Of a stretch of 64,000 nt of DNA, positions 49,674 through 59,524 are shown piece by piece (position 1 is the stretch's first letter; each line of letters begins with the position of its first letter). The notes beneath the pieces are model-generated. The model made no database searches and was not told the DNA's origin. It was given only the letters and a program-made list of their open reading frames with translations. Source of the stretch: Candidatus Bathyarchaeota archaeon (lineage in GTDB: Archaea > Thermoproteota > Bathyarchaeia > Bathyarchaeales > Bathycorpusculaceae); NCBI GenBank assembly GCA_963733095.1, contig CAVTBV010000012.1, forward strand, positions 256,001-320,000. Direction: 5' to 3'. The position numbers were made by a program, and so were the translations under genes.

Positions 49674-50605
49674 TGCTTAATTTTCCTGTCAGCGATGACT
49701 TCTTTGATGCTGTCTTCTAGGGTGACTTTGGGGGTCCAGCCGAGTTCTTTTTTGGCTTTGGATATGTCAAACCAAATTTTTGTTACGTCTCCCTGCCATG
49801 AGACTCCTGTGGTTGTCACCACGGTTTTGTCTTGGAGATTAAGGATGGTGAGTATCAATTTGGCTAATTCGATTATAGAAGTTGTTTTGCCAAGCCCCAA
49901 GTTGTAGACTTCGCTGTTAACATAATCCTCTGAACCCACCTTAACTAATGCCGCAACCACATCGGACACATGCACAAAATCGCGGCATTGCTGACCGGTA
50001 CCGATGATTTCAAGTTTGTTAGGGTTATTTGCTAGTTTATCAAGAAAGTCGTGGATCACGCCATGACATCGCAGTCCGTAAACGTTGGCAAACCGAGTAA
50101 TCACGATATCTAAGCCGTATTGTTCACGGTACATTTGGCAGTATTCTTCGCCCACCACTTTGGATAAGCCGTAACATGAGAAAGGGTGAAAACCATATGA
50201 TTCGGGAGTTGGAAACATGGTTGGATTTCCGTAAACTGCTGCGCTTGAGGCGAACACTACTTTTGCGTCATCTTTGCGGGCTTTTTCCAAAACACACAGC
50301 GTTCCCTTAGCGTTGGTCTCAAAATCAACAAGAGGGTTCTCCATAGAGTAACCGACGACAACTTGCGCAGCCAAATGATAGATTAAATCGCTCTTTGGTA
50401 GACTGCAGAGGGTTTTGAGGTCCAGTATGTCGCCCTTTACGAAGTTGGCTTTGTGCACATCCTCAACATTTTTCATCAGGCCGCTTGAGAGGTTATCATA
50501 AATCGTTAAATCATCAGTTAACTGAGACAGTTTACTGCAAAGGTGATAGCCTATAAAGCCTGCTCCACCAGTAACGAACACTTTTTTCCCTTTCAAATCA
50601 GCCAT
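49670..50605 (-). CDS. NAD-dependent NDP-sugar epimerase/dehydratase (GalE-like)
   Basis: TGGAGFIG, SSAAVYG, YGLSK, NVYG and RDFVHV motifs. Confidence 0.9.
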   Translation of the reverse strand: MADLKGKKVFVTGGAGFIGYHLCSKLSQLTDDLTIYDNLSSGLMKNVEDVHKANFVKGDILDLKTLCSLPKSDLIYHLAAQVVVGYSMENPLVDFETNAKGTLCVLEKARKDDAKVVFASSAAVYGNPTMFPTPESYGFHPFSCYGLSKVVGEEYCQMYREQYGLDIVITRFANVYGLRCHGVIHDFLDKLANNPNKLEIIGTGQQCRDFVHVSDVVAALVKVGSEDYVNSEVYNLGLGKTTSIIELAKLILTILNLQDKTVVTTTGVSWQGDVTKIWFDISKAKKELGWTPKVTLEDSIKEVIADRKIKQ

Positions 50606-50653
50606 CCAAATCACGACAAAGCCTATATTCCCTATTGGTAAGGTTGTAGGTAT

Positions 50654-51487
50654 ATGTCGCCTGTGAAAACTATAAAAACTTTTAGGGATTTGCTATCTTT
50701 CCTCACCATCATTCCAGTTGGAGGAAAAGAAGATTTCATTTTCACGACGGCAGAGAACGTTTGGCTTTTTCCGTTGCTGGGCGGATTTATTGGTTTACTT
50801 GCTGGATTGTATTTTGTGGGTTCAAGCTTAATTGTGGGTTTTCTTTTAGATTTAATTCGAAGGGGGGTTGCTTTGCCAGTTGGGGTTTTCGCAACTTTGC
50901 TTCCTGCAGCCATGACGATAGCTTTCCTCAGCGTTATAACGGGACTTCAGCATTTCGACGGATTAATCGATTTAGGCAATGCCGTTGGCTTGCGGAATGT
51001 GCATGACCGCAAGATGGTAGCACACGCTTGGACAGTTACCTATTCCGGAGCTGTTTTAGCTTTGGTTGTCGAGTTTACTGCTTTCATAGGGCTATCTCTC
51101 GTTTTTAATCCATGGCTTGCCTTTGCTGCAGTATTGGCAGCTGAAGTGGCAGCCAAATTGTCGATGGTTACGATTGTTTGGGTGGGCAAACCCAGCCACA
51201 AGGGGCTTGGCTCGATTTTCTTGGCAAAAGCCAAAAGGAACCTCAACGCAGTCGCCTACTTGATTGCGGTTCTGGTTGTTTTCCCTGTTTTCACTCTTAT
51301 CGGTAATCCCCTTTTAGGGTTGGCGGGAGTGGGCATAGTTTTGGTCAGCATTCCGGTGGCGTTTGTTATGAGAAAAGTGTCGAATAACGTTTTTGGGGGA
51401 GTTTCGGGAGACATGATTGGAGCAACCAACGAAGTTGCTAGAGCAGTGACGCTGGTTTTGTTTGCGGTGGTGCTGTTGCTGACATGA
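50654..51487 (+). CDS. cobS: CobS-family protein (copy 2, divergent)
   Basis: FLT, TGLQHFDGLIDLGNA and GGVSGDMIGATNE retained; DG and MxD motifs altered. Confidence 0.75.
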   Translation: MSPVKTIKTFRDLLSFLTIIPVGGKEDFIFTTAENVWLFPLLGGFIGLLAGLYFVGSSLIVGFLLDLIRRGVALPVGVFATLLPAAMTIAFLSVITGLQHFDGLIDLGNAVGLRNVHDRKMVAHAWTVTYSGAVLALVVEFTAFIGLSLVFNPWLAFAAVLAAEVAAKLSMVTIVWVGKPSHKGLGSIFLAKAKRNLNAVAYLIAVLVVFPVFTLIGNPLLGLAGVGIVLVSIPVAFVMRKVSNNVFGGVSGDMIGATNEVARAVTLVLFAVVLLLT

Positions 51488-52107
51488 AGGTTCCCGCAGT
51501 GATTATGGCTGGCGGCAAAGGCTCACGAATGGGTTTGCCTGCTGAGAAGCCGCTGCTGCCGTTTTTGGGTAAGCCGCTGATTGACTGGGTGACAGAAGCA
51601 ATCTTGGAAGCAAAAAAGGTTTCCGAGTTCTATGTCATAACCAGCTCTAACACGCCGAACACAGAAAAGCACTGCCAAAACATAGGCTGGAAAATCCTGC
51701 ACACAGACGCAAAAGGCTACCACAACGACCTAAAACAAGCCGTTTCGATGGCAAATTTGACTGGACCAATCCTAACTATACCCTCAGATATTCCAGCCAT
51801 AACCGGAAAAGTCCTCGACAAAATCATCGCCTCATTCGAGGTTTGTGGAAAAGATTTTTTGGCAGTTTTCGTTCCCCTCAAATCGCGGCAGGACTTGGGG
51901 CTGTCGATTTCCTCCACCGACGAATACAAGGGCGTTTGGTACGCGGTTTCAGGAATCAACATCATAAACGGCACAAAAATCCTGTGTGAAGGCAAAATCG
52001 AAACCAGTGCAATCATTACCGAGGAAACTGAGGTTCTGCTAAACATCAACACAACCAAAGACTTGGAAATAGCAGAGAAAATTCTGAGTGAAAAAAGAAA
52101 GATTTAG
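51484..52107 (+). CDS. cobY: CobY-family nucleotidyltransferase (copy 2)
   Basis: MAGGKGSRM..EKPL, SDIP, SGINII and NINT motifs. Confidence 0.75.
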   Translation: MKVPAVIMAGGKGSRMGLPAEKPLLPFLGKPLIDWVTEAILEAKKVSEFYVITSSNTPNTEKHCQNIGWKILHTDAKGYHNDLKQAVSMANLTGPILTIPSDIPAITGKVLDKIIASFEVCGKDFLAVFVPLKSRQDLGLSISSTDEYKGVWYAVSGINIINGTKILCEGKIETSAIITEETEVLLNINTTKDLEIAEKILSEKRKI

Positions 52108-52109
52108 TG

Positions 52110-53445
52110 TTACCCATAAGAAGTTAGTTGCAGGTCCGCCGCTACGAATACTCTGTTATCTGACTCGACTGGTGCAAGAACGATAGTGGTCGAAATGTTG
52201 ATTCTTCACTGTATCTCCGCTTGAGACACCAAAAACCCAAAGCGTATTGTTCTCAGTCAAAAAAACTGATTCTTTATTTACAGTTAATCCTGCTTGGCTT
52301 TGGGTTGAAGTAACGTTGTCCTGGATTTGACGTCTCCAGACAACTTCGCAGGTAGCTAAATCTAGACTCACAATTGTGGCTTTGAATTGGCCTTGTTGGA
52401 TAACTCCAAAGCTCCAATATATGCGCTGGTTTTCTGGGTCAACCTGAATGGGATATGTTGTAAGGTCGGAGCTGGTTTGGTTGAGGACGCTTTGGGTATC
52501 AACCTTGGTCATACAGGATACTTTGCCGCTTATCAGGCTAAGCCCATAAAAGTTGCCGTCTGAGGCACCGAAAAGCAAGACACCTTGGCAGATGGTCGGG
52601 GAATATACAGTAGCACCGATGTCTTTGCTCCAAAGACTTTCGCCTGAGGTTTGGTTGAGGCTCAGGATTTGGGTACCACTTTCTAGGATGACTTGTCCTT
52701 GGTAGTTGCCAACAACACTTGGAATGCCGTTTGAAATGTTAATTGCACTTTTACTTTGCCAAAAAATAGTTCCGTTATCTGTGATTAATTTGAAAATATC
52801 GGGGCTCGACAGGTTGCCGCCTAAAGCATAAACTGAGTTGCCTTCAAACGGGTCGCCTCCCAACACACGTCCACTTGCCTGCCAAGTGTTCAAATCAGTT
52901 ATGTTGCCAAAACTTGTCGTTTCCTCAAAAGCTTCACCTTGCCAGAGGAGCTCGCCACTGGAGGCGTTGTGGGCAGTAACCTCTCGACCAGGACCATCCT
53001 CTATGATGGAATATACAATGTCGTTCTGAACAACAATGTCGTCAGGAGCCCTTTTTGAGTACAGCGAATTGCCCAGCCACCCCATAAAATTCCATTGAAA
53101 TTGACCCGTTTCCTCATCTAAACAGCTAACCGAAGCTAACTCGGAACCGCCATAAACTCTGCCGTTAGACACCGTGAGTCCTGAATCGAAATAACCATCT
53201 ACACTGCCATTCCATACGGGAACGCCAGTTTGGGAGTCATAGCAATTTACGTTACCTGAAATATCCATAGTGAAGACATTTCCGTCGTCAACCGCTAATG
53301 AAGTAGCGAAGTTTTGGATGTTGCGTTGCCAAGCAACCCCAGACCCTTCAGAGTTTAGGATACTGTTTTTGTAAACTATCAACAAGGAAACTGCTATAAC
53401 TGCAATTAAGCCTACGACCACAATCAGCAGGGTGTGTCTTTTCAA
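52110..53445 (-). pseudogene. Membrane-anchored PQQ-like beta-propeller protein with a 3' frameshift
   Basis: Repeated xxxDxxTGxxxW blades. An extra base near 52182 diverts HFDHY from the natural-looking VLAPVESDNRVFVAADLQLTSYG* ending (stop at 52110). Confidence 0.65.
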
Positions 53446-53618
53446 TTTCTTCCCTTAAAGCGGCTGTAAGATAACCGATCATATATGCTTTTGCAAGTTT
53501 AGCTAATTCTTTCAATATCTTGCGTTTTTGCGGCAGTTCAAGTCTGGATTGCGATTAGAGAAATATTTAACATACTCACGCATCCAATTAACTACCAAGA
53601 CCACTTGGAGTAATCTGC

Positions 53619-55046
53619 ATGAGCATCCTCAGCCGCGACAGCTTTTGGAACGCAGTCATCTCTCTGCCTATGACTAAGAAGATGCTCCAGATATCGCTCA
53701 AAAAATGTAGCAGATGCGGCAGAACGGTGCTTGAGGCAGCGCTGGACGATTACGCGGGAAAAACAGACCTTCGATGCAGTAAGTGCAGTGGACTGTACTC
53801 GCAGGTTATCGGTTTCTGGATAGAGTTTCTACGTAGGGGACTTGGTTTTAAGCGGGTTAAGGTCGAGAAGCTCTTATCTGACCGTTACGCTAGAACAGCC
53901 GTAGTGAATTTGGCGCGTTCGTTTGCGTATTTCGGCATCAAAAAACCCATGTCGCTCTCAGCGCCGTTTCTGGTGGTTTGGGATTTCACTCACAAATGCA
54001 ACCTATCCTGCAAACACTGTTACAGCAACAGTGGCCCAGTCAACGAGGAAGAATTAACCACAGAACAAGCCCTCGCAGTCGTAGACCAAATGGCTGAAGT
54101 CGGTGTGACTGCATTGGCGTTCAGCGGAGGCGAACCCTTAACCCGAAAAGACTTCTTCCAAGTTGCACGCTACGCCTCTGACCGCGGGCTCTACGTGTCT
54201 GTTGCTTCAAACGGCACGCTGCTATCAAAAGAGAACGTTCAGAAGCTCAAAGAAGCCAAAGTCAACTACATAGATGTGAGCATCGACGGTGCATCTGCTA
54301 AGACACACGACGACTTCCGAGGCGTCCCCGGCACCTTCGATAAGGCGGTAGCGGGTCTCAAAAACTGTGTCGAAGCAGACCTGTGCGTTTGCATCGCGAC
54401 AACAGTTGGTAAAAACAACATGACGGAGCTGCCCGCCATCATAGATTTAGCTGAAGAAATACATGCTGAAAGGTTTACTTACTTCAATTTTATCCCGACC
54501 GGACGCGGCAAAGCCCACATTGACCAAGACCTGTCCCCAAAGGAGAGGGAGGAAGTGATGCGTTACCTTTTGAACCGTATGTCGGCTGGATGCAAAACCA
54601 CCATCCTTGCAACAGCGCCGCAGCTAGCCCGTGTAGCTCTCCAGTGCCAAGGCATTTCGGGCACAGGTGAAGTAACCCTGTCCATGGCACATATGCAAAC
54701 AGTCAAAGTAACCAAAAAAGCCGTGCCATTGGGCGACTTTATCGGCGGATGCGGCGCAGGCAGACTCTACTGTTCACTATCTCCTCAGGGCGACGTTCAC
54801 CCATGCGTTTTCCTGCCCGTAAAAGTTGGCAACCTGAAAACTGGAAAGTTCCAGGACATTTGGTTAAACGCTTCGCTCTTCAATGCTTTTCGAAACCGGG
54901 CTAACCTGAAGGGGTCATGTGGAAAATGCGATTACAAGTTCATCTGCGGCGGCTGCAGGGCACGTTCAGCAGCATACCATAATGGTGATATGCTCAACGG
55001 AGACCCAGGCTGCCTTCAAGGAGTGAAAGGTGCAAAAAATGCCTAA
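53619..55046 (+). CDS. Radical SAM/SPASM protein with N-terminal Cys-rich domain
   Basis: CSRC...CSKC, CNLSCKHC, FSGGEP, CGAGRLYC..PC and CGKCDYKFICGGCR. Confidence 0.9.
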   Translation: MSILSRDSFWNAVISLPMTKKMLQISLKKCSRCGRTVLEAALDDYAGKTDLRCSKCSGLYSQVIGFWIEFLRRGLGFKRVKVEKLLSDRYARTAVVNLARSFAYFGIKKPMSLSAPFLVVWDFTHKCNLSCKHCYSNSGPVNEEELTTEQALAVVDQMAEVGVTALAFSGGEPLTRKDFFQVARYASDRGLYVSVASNGTLLSKENVQKLKEAKVNYIDVSIDGASAKTHDDFRGVPGTFDKAVAGLKNCVEADLCVCIATTVGKNNMTELPAIIDLAEEIHAERFTYFNFIPTGRGKAHIDQDLSPKEREEVMRYLLNRMSAGCKTTILATAPQLARVALQCQGISGTGEVTLSMAHMQTVKVTKKAVPLGDFIGGCGAGRLYCSLSPQGDVHPCVFLPVKVGNLKTGKFQDIWLNASLFNAFRNRANLKGSCGKCDYKFICGGCRARSAAYHNGDMLNGDPGCLQGVKGAKNA

Positions 55047-56001
55047 CTCTACAACGAAAAACGTTAAGATTTTTCGAGCCCAAGAGGACGTAAGCAACAT
55101 CATAAAAGAGGCAGTCGCCAACTCAGGGTTAAGTGGAAAAAAAAGGATTTTTATCAAACCCAACCTCAGCCACCCCGAATACTTGCCCGGCGTCGTGACA
55201 AACCCCAAGTTGATGCAGCAACTTGTGGGATTACTGCGAGACGCCAACAGTGAAGTAATCGTTGGCGAATCCAACGGCTTCAACTACCCGTGCTGGACTG
55301 CATTTGACAAGACAGGCACTCAAGCAGCTGTCAAAGCGGCAGGCGGCACCGTCATCAACCTCTCAGAAGATAAAGTGGTTGAAGTAAAGTTTCAGGGCAA
55401 CACACCATTGAAACGGCTGTTTCTCCCCAAAACCATCCTCGACGCCGATGCGGTCGTCGATTTGCCCCTTATGAAAACCCATGAGTTCATGGCTTACAGC
55501 GGCGCCATCAAAAATCTCTTTGGCTGTGTACCCAGCAACAAACGCATCTACCTACACCCATACCTCCCTGAAGTCTTCTATCGACTCTACACGCTCTTTA
55601 AGCCAGGGCTAACGATTATGGACGCGCGAACAGGCATCGAGGGCAACGGACCCACCAAAGGCAAACCCGTCAAAATGGGATTAATGCTCACAGGCAATGA
55701 CGCACTAGCCGTGGACATTATCGCTGCTAAAGTGATGATACTGAATTGGAAAGAAACCTACCTCAAATACATCACCCAAAAAACTGGCTTGCTTGAAGAA
55801 GACATCAAGGTTGAGGGACTACAAGTGAATGAGGTGGAGCACAAGTTTGAGCCCCCACGCATCGACTTGCCCGTAAAAGCCCAAATGATGATCTACCAGC
55901 ACGAATACCTAACAAAAGCGCTTTTCTGCTCCCTAGATATCGTTAGGCTGTTCCAGAAAGTAACCATGGCGTACCGTGGCGAAAGCACACAGATCGGCTA
56001 G
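55039..56001 (+). CDS. DUF362 family protein
   Basis: IKPN, TNP, VGES, KTH, KNLFG and IEGNGP motifs. Confidence 0.85.
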   Translation: MPNSTTKNVKIFRAQEDVSNIIKEAVANSGLSGKKRIFIKPNLSHPEYLPGVVTNPKLMQQLVGLLRDANSEVIVGESNGFNYPCWTAFDKTGTQAAVKAAGGTVINLSEDKVVEVKFQGNTPLKRLFLPKTILDADAVVDLPLMKTHEFMAYSGAIKNLFGCVPSNKRIYLHPYLPEVFYRLYTLFKPGLTIMDARTGIEGNGPTKGKPVKMGLMLTGNDALAVDIIAAKVMILNWKETYLKYITQKTGLLEEDIKVEGLQVNEVEHKFEPPRIDLPVKAQMMIYQHEYLTKALFCSLDIVRLFQKVTMAYRGESTQIG

Positions 56002-57194
56002 CGCAATGCTTCATCATAGACTTCCATAGCATCCTTGACGACTATGCGCCAATCATAGTTCTCCACGATTGTCTTCCGTGCCAGTTCACCCATCTCCCGG
56101 GCGAATGCAGGATGCTCAAGCAGGTACAATATTTTTTCGCCAAACATTTTGGGATTGAAGGGCTCTACCAAAAACCCATTCTTGCCGCTCTCAATCGTTT
56201 CGGAAATACCGCCTACCGTAGTTGTGACCACTGGTAAGCCCGTTGAGAGCGCTTCTAAAACAGCGAAGGGATGGTGCTCATAAAAGGTGGAGAACGCGAA
56301 GGCGTCTGCGGCTTGGTAGAGCAGGGGCAGTTTCTTGTCTGGGTAGTAGCCTGTAAAAACGATGTTGTTTTTGACGCCAAGTTTGTCTGCGTGGGCAATG
56401 AGTTTGTGCATTTCGTCGCTTTGCCCCTTCCCCGAGATGATGAATTTGGCGTTTGGAAAACGTTTAACGACGGCAGGCATGCTTTCGATGAGTGCGAATA
56501 AGCCCTTGCGTGCGTAGAGTCTGCCGACGGAGACTATGGCTAAGTCTTCGGGGTTAAACCCGAGTTCCGCTTTGACTTTGCGTTTGTCAGGGGCTGGTTT
56601 AAACTTGTTTATGTCCACGCCGTTGTGGATGACCCGTATCTTGTTTTCGGGAATCTTGTAGTAGTTTGTGAGCTCCCACTTTGTGAAGTGGCTGACCGCG
56701 ATGATTTTCCTTGCTCGCTTGAGCATGCCTTCCTCGAAGAACCGCAAAAACCAGTTGAAACTAACCAGAAACTTTTCGTTGGCGTTTAAGCGGCTGTAGG
56801 GTTCGCCGCGGATGGCTTCGGCTTCGCCTTTCCATGTGGAATGGACAGTGCATACGAGGGCTTTGCCAAAGTTAGGTGGCACTGCAAAGTTGGGGGTTAG
56901 GGGGAGTTGGGGATGGCTGATGTCGACGTTGGCTGTTTCTTTGACCCTTTGGAGTTTGCGGTTGCTGTTGGCTGCAAGGATGAAGGATTTGATGATGGGC
57001 ATTTTTGGGATTTTCAGAAAAGACACGTCGAGCTGTGGGCTAACGTGGATGTCTTGGGCTTGATTTGAACCTGTGACGACGTAGATTTTGTAGCCGTTTT
57101 TCAGGAGTTCGTTGCTGAGGTAGTAAACGTAGGCGCCCGTTCCGCCAGACAGCGGCCAGTATTCAGGTGAGATAAAGCAGACTTTATGCGACAT
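55998..57194 (-). CDS. GT4 glycosyltransferase
   Basis: EYWPLSGG, HNGVD, VGRL..RKG and EHHPFAVLEA motifs. Confidence 0.9.
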   Translation of the reverse strand: MSHKVCFISPEYWPLSGGTGAYVYYLSNELLKNGYKIYVVTGSNQAQDIHVSPQLDVSFLKIPKMPIIKSFILAANSNRKLQRVKETANVDISHPQLPLTPNFAVPPNFGKALVCTVHSTWKGEAEAIRGEPYSRLNANEKFLVSFNWFLRFFEEGMLKRARKIIAVSHFTKWELTNYYKIPENKIRVIHNGVDINKFKPAPDKRKVKAELGFNPEDLAIVSVGRLYARKGLFALIESMPAVVKRFPNAKFIISGKGQSDEMHKLIAHADKLGVKNNIVFTGYYPDKKLPLLYQAADAFAFSTFYEHHPFAVLEALSTGLPVVTTTVGGISETIESGKNGFLVEPFNPKMFGEKILYLLEHPAFAREMGELARKTIVENYDWRIVVKDAMEVYDEALR

Positions 57195-58184
57195 TTACTT
57201 GTTCCTCCCTGATAGATATTTTGCTGTAGTTATAACTGCGCCGACAAACCAAGCTGCCGACCTCACGAAATAGAGCACGAATAAGCGCATAGCTGTCGAG
57301 TCATGGAACTTTACAGATAGGTTCACTGCTGAATAAACAAAGTAAACAACCATAGCCAACAAAATTAACCCTGAAACAACCCACAGCAACCTAAGCAATG
57401 GAACGATTCCCAAAAGGAACGACACGATAACTGCCAAAATGAGCACGGGCTGGACATTCATTCCAACATCCGTAATTTCATCGCCCCGCGCTAGGCGTCC
57501 GTGTTTGAAGTAGAGTTTAAGAGTATTCTTGCCGTACTGCAACTGCTGCCGATAATATGCCTTCAAAGTTGGGCGGTTAAAATGATAGCAGACAGCGCTG
57601 GGTTCATAGGCGATTCTGTAGCCTTTGGCACTTATTCTATATCCAAGGTCGGTGTCGTATTGGCTGGGAAGTTTCTCATCCCATCCGCCTACCTCCTCGA
57701 TTACAGATTTTTTTAGGAGCAGGTTCATGGTTGCTATTCGTCCAGTGTATTTGCCTATGCGTCGGTAGCGGTTTTTTAGTTCATACCCGATGCTTCTTGC
57801 CCACGGATTCTTGTTATTCCATGTCTCTATGCTGCCGCTGACACCTGCCACATGAGGGTCCGCAAGGTTTGGCGAAAGTTTGGTTAGCCATTCAACCTCA
57901 ACCTTGGCGTCTGCATCTATGAATCCCAAAACGGGGTAAACTGCGATTTTCATGGCGTAGTTGTAGGCTGCAGGAGCGTTGAGGCGGATGGAAACAACTT
58001 TTATTGGAAATTTCTCTGCGATTTTGACTGTGGCGTCGTTGCTACCGCCGTCCATAACGATGACTTCAAAACTGTCGCTAGGATAATTTTGAGCCAAGAT
58101 AGATTTGAGGCATTCTTCGATGGTGTCTTGGCTGTTGTAAGCTGCAACTATAATTGAAAACTTGAGGAGTGAGTTGTCAGCCAT
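57195..58184 (-). CDS. GT2 glycosyltransferase with C-terminal TM helices
   Basis: SIIVAAYN, DGGSND, FIDAD and QQLQYG motifs. Confidence 0.9.
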   Translation of the reverse strand: MADNSLLKFSIIVAAYNSQDTIEECLKSILAQNYPSDSFEVIVMDGGSNDATVKIAEKFPIKVVSIRLNAPAAYNYAMKIAVYPVLGFIDADAKVEVEWLTKLSPNLADPHVAGVSGSIETWNNKNPWARSIGYELKNRYRRIGKYTGRIATMNLLLKKSVIEEVGGWDEKLPSQYDTDLGYRISAKGYRIAYEPSAVCYHFNRPTLKAYYRQQLQYGKNTLKLYFKHGRLARGDEITDVGMNVQPVLILAVIVSFLLGIVPLLRLLWVVSGLILLAMVVYFVYSAVNLSVKFHDSTAMRLFVLYFVRSAAWFVGAVITTAKYLSGRNK

Positions 58185-58187
58185 TGT

Positions 58188-58886
58188 TTACCCCTTCATG
58201 TAAGCTAAGATTATTGATAGGAGAATTTTGGAGCCGTCCATCATTGGGTCTACGCCTGAGTGTCCATAAGTGCGTTGTTCAAAACTAATCGGTACCTCGG
58301 CGACTCGGAAGCCTTCTTTGGCGGTTTTTACGAGCATTTCGGATTCGATCTCGTATCCGCCTGACTTTAGTTTTTGTTTGCTTAGGATTTGGCGTTTCAT
58401 GGCGCGGTAGCCTGATTGGGAATCGGTTATGGTTGTGCCTGTTAGGAGTTCGATGAGGAAGTTGAAGATTCGTACGCCAAACGCGTTGAGTTTTCGTGCT
58501 GCCACGTTTTTCTGGTTCAGGTATCTTGAGCCGATGACCATGTCGACCCTGTCGGCTAATACTGGTGTGAGCACACGGGCGAGTTCTTCGGGGCGGTGGG
58601 AAGCGTCGGAGTCAATCGTGATTATTATGTCGCCTTTAGCTTTAGCGAACCCAGCCCGAAGTGCGTAGCCTTTACCGCAATGCTCCTTTAACGTTAAAAG
58701 CCTGCAACCGTGTTTTTTAGCCACTTCAAGCGAGCGGTCGCGAGAATGGTCATCAACAACGATTATCTCATATGGCAAGCCGATTTGCTGCATAGCCATT
58801 TTGGTGCGGTCGATAATGTTGCCTATGGTTAATTCCTCGTTGTACACGGGAATTATGACAGAAAGCAGCATTTCCCTTGGGCTCAT
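58188..58886 (-). CDS. GT2 glycosyltransferase (DPM1-like)
   Basis: VIIPVYNEE, VVDDHS, DSDASH and DSQSGYR motifs. Confidence 0.9.
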   Translation of the reverse strand: MSPREMLLSVIIPVYNEELTIGNIIDRTKMAMQQIGLPYEIIVVDDHSRDRSLEVAKKHGCRLLTLKEHCGKGYALRAGFAKAKGDIIITIDSDASHRPEELARVLTPVLADRVDMVIGSRYLNQKNVAARKLNAFGVRIFNFLIELLTGTTITDSQSGYRAMKRQILSKQKLKSGGYEIESEMLVKTAKEGFRVAEVPISFEQRTYGHSGVDPMMDGSKILLSIILAYMKG

Positions 58887-58969
58887 TTTATTTAAGAAGC
58901 CAATGGAAGAGCTTATAAAGTTTGGCTACCCCAACCTTGTAAGCAATTGAAGGGCAGTTTGAACCTAAA

Positions 58970-59524
58970 ATGGAAACCAAATCCAAACTTAAAGTTGAAG
59001 GGGACCGAAAGGTCTGGTTTTCCATGTGGTTTCTGGGAGCAGTTGTCACTTTTGGCGTCGCATTCTTTCCCATGTTTTATCGTTTAGTCGAGGGCAGAAA
59101 CAGACATTTTCAAAATGAGGCTGAGTTTGAGGAGCACATTGAGGCTTACTCAAAAAGGAAAAGCAAGGAGCCGCCAACAAAAACTGAGCAGTTTAAAGCT
59201 ATGAATTCGAAGGCATGGGCAGCCAGCATTATCATTGTGGTGCCCATTTTTGTTATCGTCTATTTGCTGTCCAGAGATTTAGCAGTTCATGAACGCAACC
59301 AAGATGCTTTTCTTGCATCCGCCCTGCCAGAACGAGTTTTTATGCCACAGACAATACCTATAAAAACTTACATTTTGATAACTGTTATCACCTTGGGCGT
59401 TGGGGTCATCTACTGGCTCTACAAGGTGGTTAACTTGTATAACGCTCACTTTAAAGCGCATCTGCAGGTGGAGAAAGAAATGATTCGGCTGATGGAGGAA
59501 AAAAAAGTTGTCGAGCACATGTAA
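58970..59524 (+). CDS. DUF4234-like membrane protein
   Basis: Repeated VTFGV / ITLGVGVIYWLYK..N.YNAHF helices. Confidence 0.6.
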   Translation: METKSKLKVEGDRKVWFSMWFLGAVVTFGVAFFPMFYRLVEGRNRHFQNEAEFEEHIEAYSKRKSKEPPTKTEQFKAMNSKAWAASIIIVVPIFVIVYLLSRDLAVHERNQDAFLASALPERVFMPQTIPIKTYILITVITLGVGVIYWLYKVVNLYNAHFKAHLQVEKEMIRLMEEKKVVEHM

